Part shown: positions 62,860 to 64,000 of the stretch, piece after piece | Position numbering within the stretch: the first letter of the stretch is position 1 | Layout of the letters: each line of letters starts with the position of its first letter | Assembly (NCBI GenBank): GCA_028534125.1 | Contig: CM052817.1 | Span: forward strand, 2,730,001 to 2,794,000 | Direction of reading: 5' to 3' | DNA: 64,000 nucleotides | Source of the DNA: Lama glama | Taxonomy: Eukaryota | Position numbers and translations under genes: made by a program | Notes under the pieces: model-generated | Databases searched by the model: none | Told to the model about the DNA's origin: nothing | The model's input: the letters and a program-made list of their open reading frames with translations, nothing else

Positions 62860-63030
62860 GTGTAGTCAGTTGAGTGTGTTGTGTGGTTCCTGGTGTGCAG
62901 CACAATGCTTCGATCATGCATGTACGCACATACATTTGTTTTCGTGTTCTTCCATTATAAATTACTACGAGATATTGAATGTAGTTCCTGCGCTACACAG
63001 TATGAACTTGTTTATCTATCTTATATATAA
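62860..63030 (-). mobile_element. L1 3' end fragment
   Basis: gatattgaatgtagttcctgcgctacacagt resembles artiodactyl L1 3' ends and the element at 55812. Confidence 0.65.
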
Positions 63031-63204
63031 TATCAACTATCGATTTCCGGCTCTTTCTCAAGTTGGGAAAAATAAAGTTATTATAACTCATTTCTTATTA
63101 GTATTATTACTATTACGGATTGCTTCTGATAATAGAATACCATTGTGTATAATTTAGAAAGTAGCAAAAAATATGCAGACATTTTTTAAGGTCACTCCCT
63201 CACA

Positions 63205-63648
63205 ATAGGTTGGATGGTGGCCCCAAAAGACGTTAAGTCCATGTCTTTACCGCAGACCCTGTGAACGCGAACTTCTTTATCTGGAAAGAGGGTCTTTACA
63301 GATGTAACTACGCTGAGGATCTCGAGATGAGATCGCCCCGGATTGTCTGGGAGGGAGGGCGCTAAATCCCATGACCAGCGTCCCTGTCAGAGGCGCACGG
63401 AGGAGGAGACGGAGACGACCGTGTGATGGTGGAGGCAGAGACTGGAGGGAGGGGGCCACAAGCCAAGGAGCACCTGGAGCCCCCAGAAGATGGAGCAGCC
63501 AGGAAGGCTCCTCCCCCAGAGCCTCCAGAGGGAGCAGCCCTGCAGGCTCCCTTACTTGGACTCCTGGCTTTCAGGACTGTGGAGAATCAGTCTCTGTTCA
63601 ATCACCACGTCTTGTGGTGCTTTGTATCACAGGCCCGGGAAACGAACA
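63205..63648 (+). mobile_element. MaLR LTR (MLT1-like)
   Basis: tggtggccccaaaaga, agggtctttacagatgtaa, gccacaagccaagga and ttgtggtgctttgt motifs. Confidence 0.8.
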
Positions 63649-64000
63649 GCGACGCCCACCCCAGCAGTCAGGGCGGCCTTTGTGACAGGTAGGGTGCAGC
63701 CCTCTGGTCTTGAGTCTTGGGGCGCGTATGCGAGCTTGCTATGCAGTTAAGATCTTACTGGCAGACCTTGGAGTATCTTCTTTTTAAAAAGCATGACTTC
63801 ATGAAAATTTTCTCATGTTATCAAATGATTCTTACAGAAGTTAGTTTTCTTCTGATTACAAGCAGGATACTATGAAACATCTGTGTACTTCATAAAATTT
63901 GGAAGATGCAGAAATACACACACAAGGAATAAAAATTATATTTGACCACGGCAAGCAAAGATAACAAACACGTTTGCATTTTCCTCCAAGGTACAAGCTT

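Noticed and set aside
47200..64000. Exons of the expected upstream neighbour SH3TC1
   Set aside because: I recognised no coding exon or TPR/SH3-like translation. The region looks intergenic, though a small exon could be missed by eye.

Overview
Mammalian genomic DNA, GC-rich and repeat-dense. It is probably camelid, judged from the tRNA-derived SINEs and the L1 3' ends. The window holds one complete protein-coding gene, HTRA3, on the minus strand. I traced nine GT-AG coding exons by hand (46642 down to 16754, 1371 nt, 456 aa): signal peptide, IGFBP-like and Kazal domains, trypsin-like protease with His194/Asp230/Ser308, and PDZ. The gene has a CpG-island promoter and an ATTAAA poly(A) signal at about 15771. 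The rest is intron or intergenic sequence with L1, MaLR/ERV LTRs, hAT DNA transposons, SINEs, simple repeats and a 500-N gap. Top observations: (1) the alternative last exon of the PDZ-less short isoform reads CGA where the human exon stops, giving a 47-aa rather than 7-aa tail; (2) an intact solo ERV1-type LTR with a 4-bp TSD and GATA-containing repeats lies about 1.2 kb upstream of the promoter; (3) the leader contains a short uORF and an in-frame upstream ATG adding an Arg-rich 35-aa extension; (4) the signal peptide has an extra 9-bp LAA unit; (5) old L1 remnants appear GC/CpG-converted. I see no support for a wholly new biological system. Repeat family names and human comparisons are from recall and were not database-checked.
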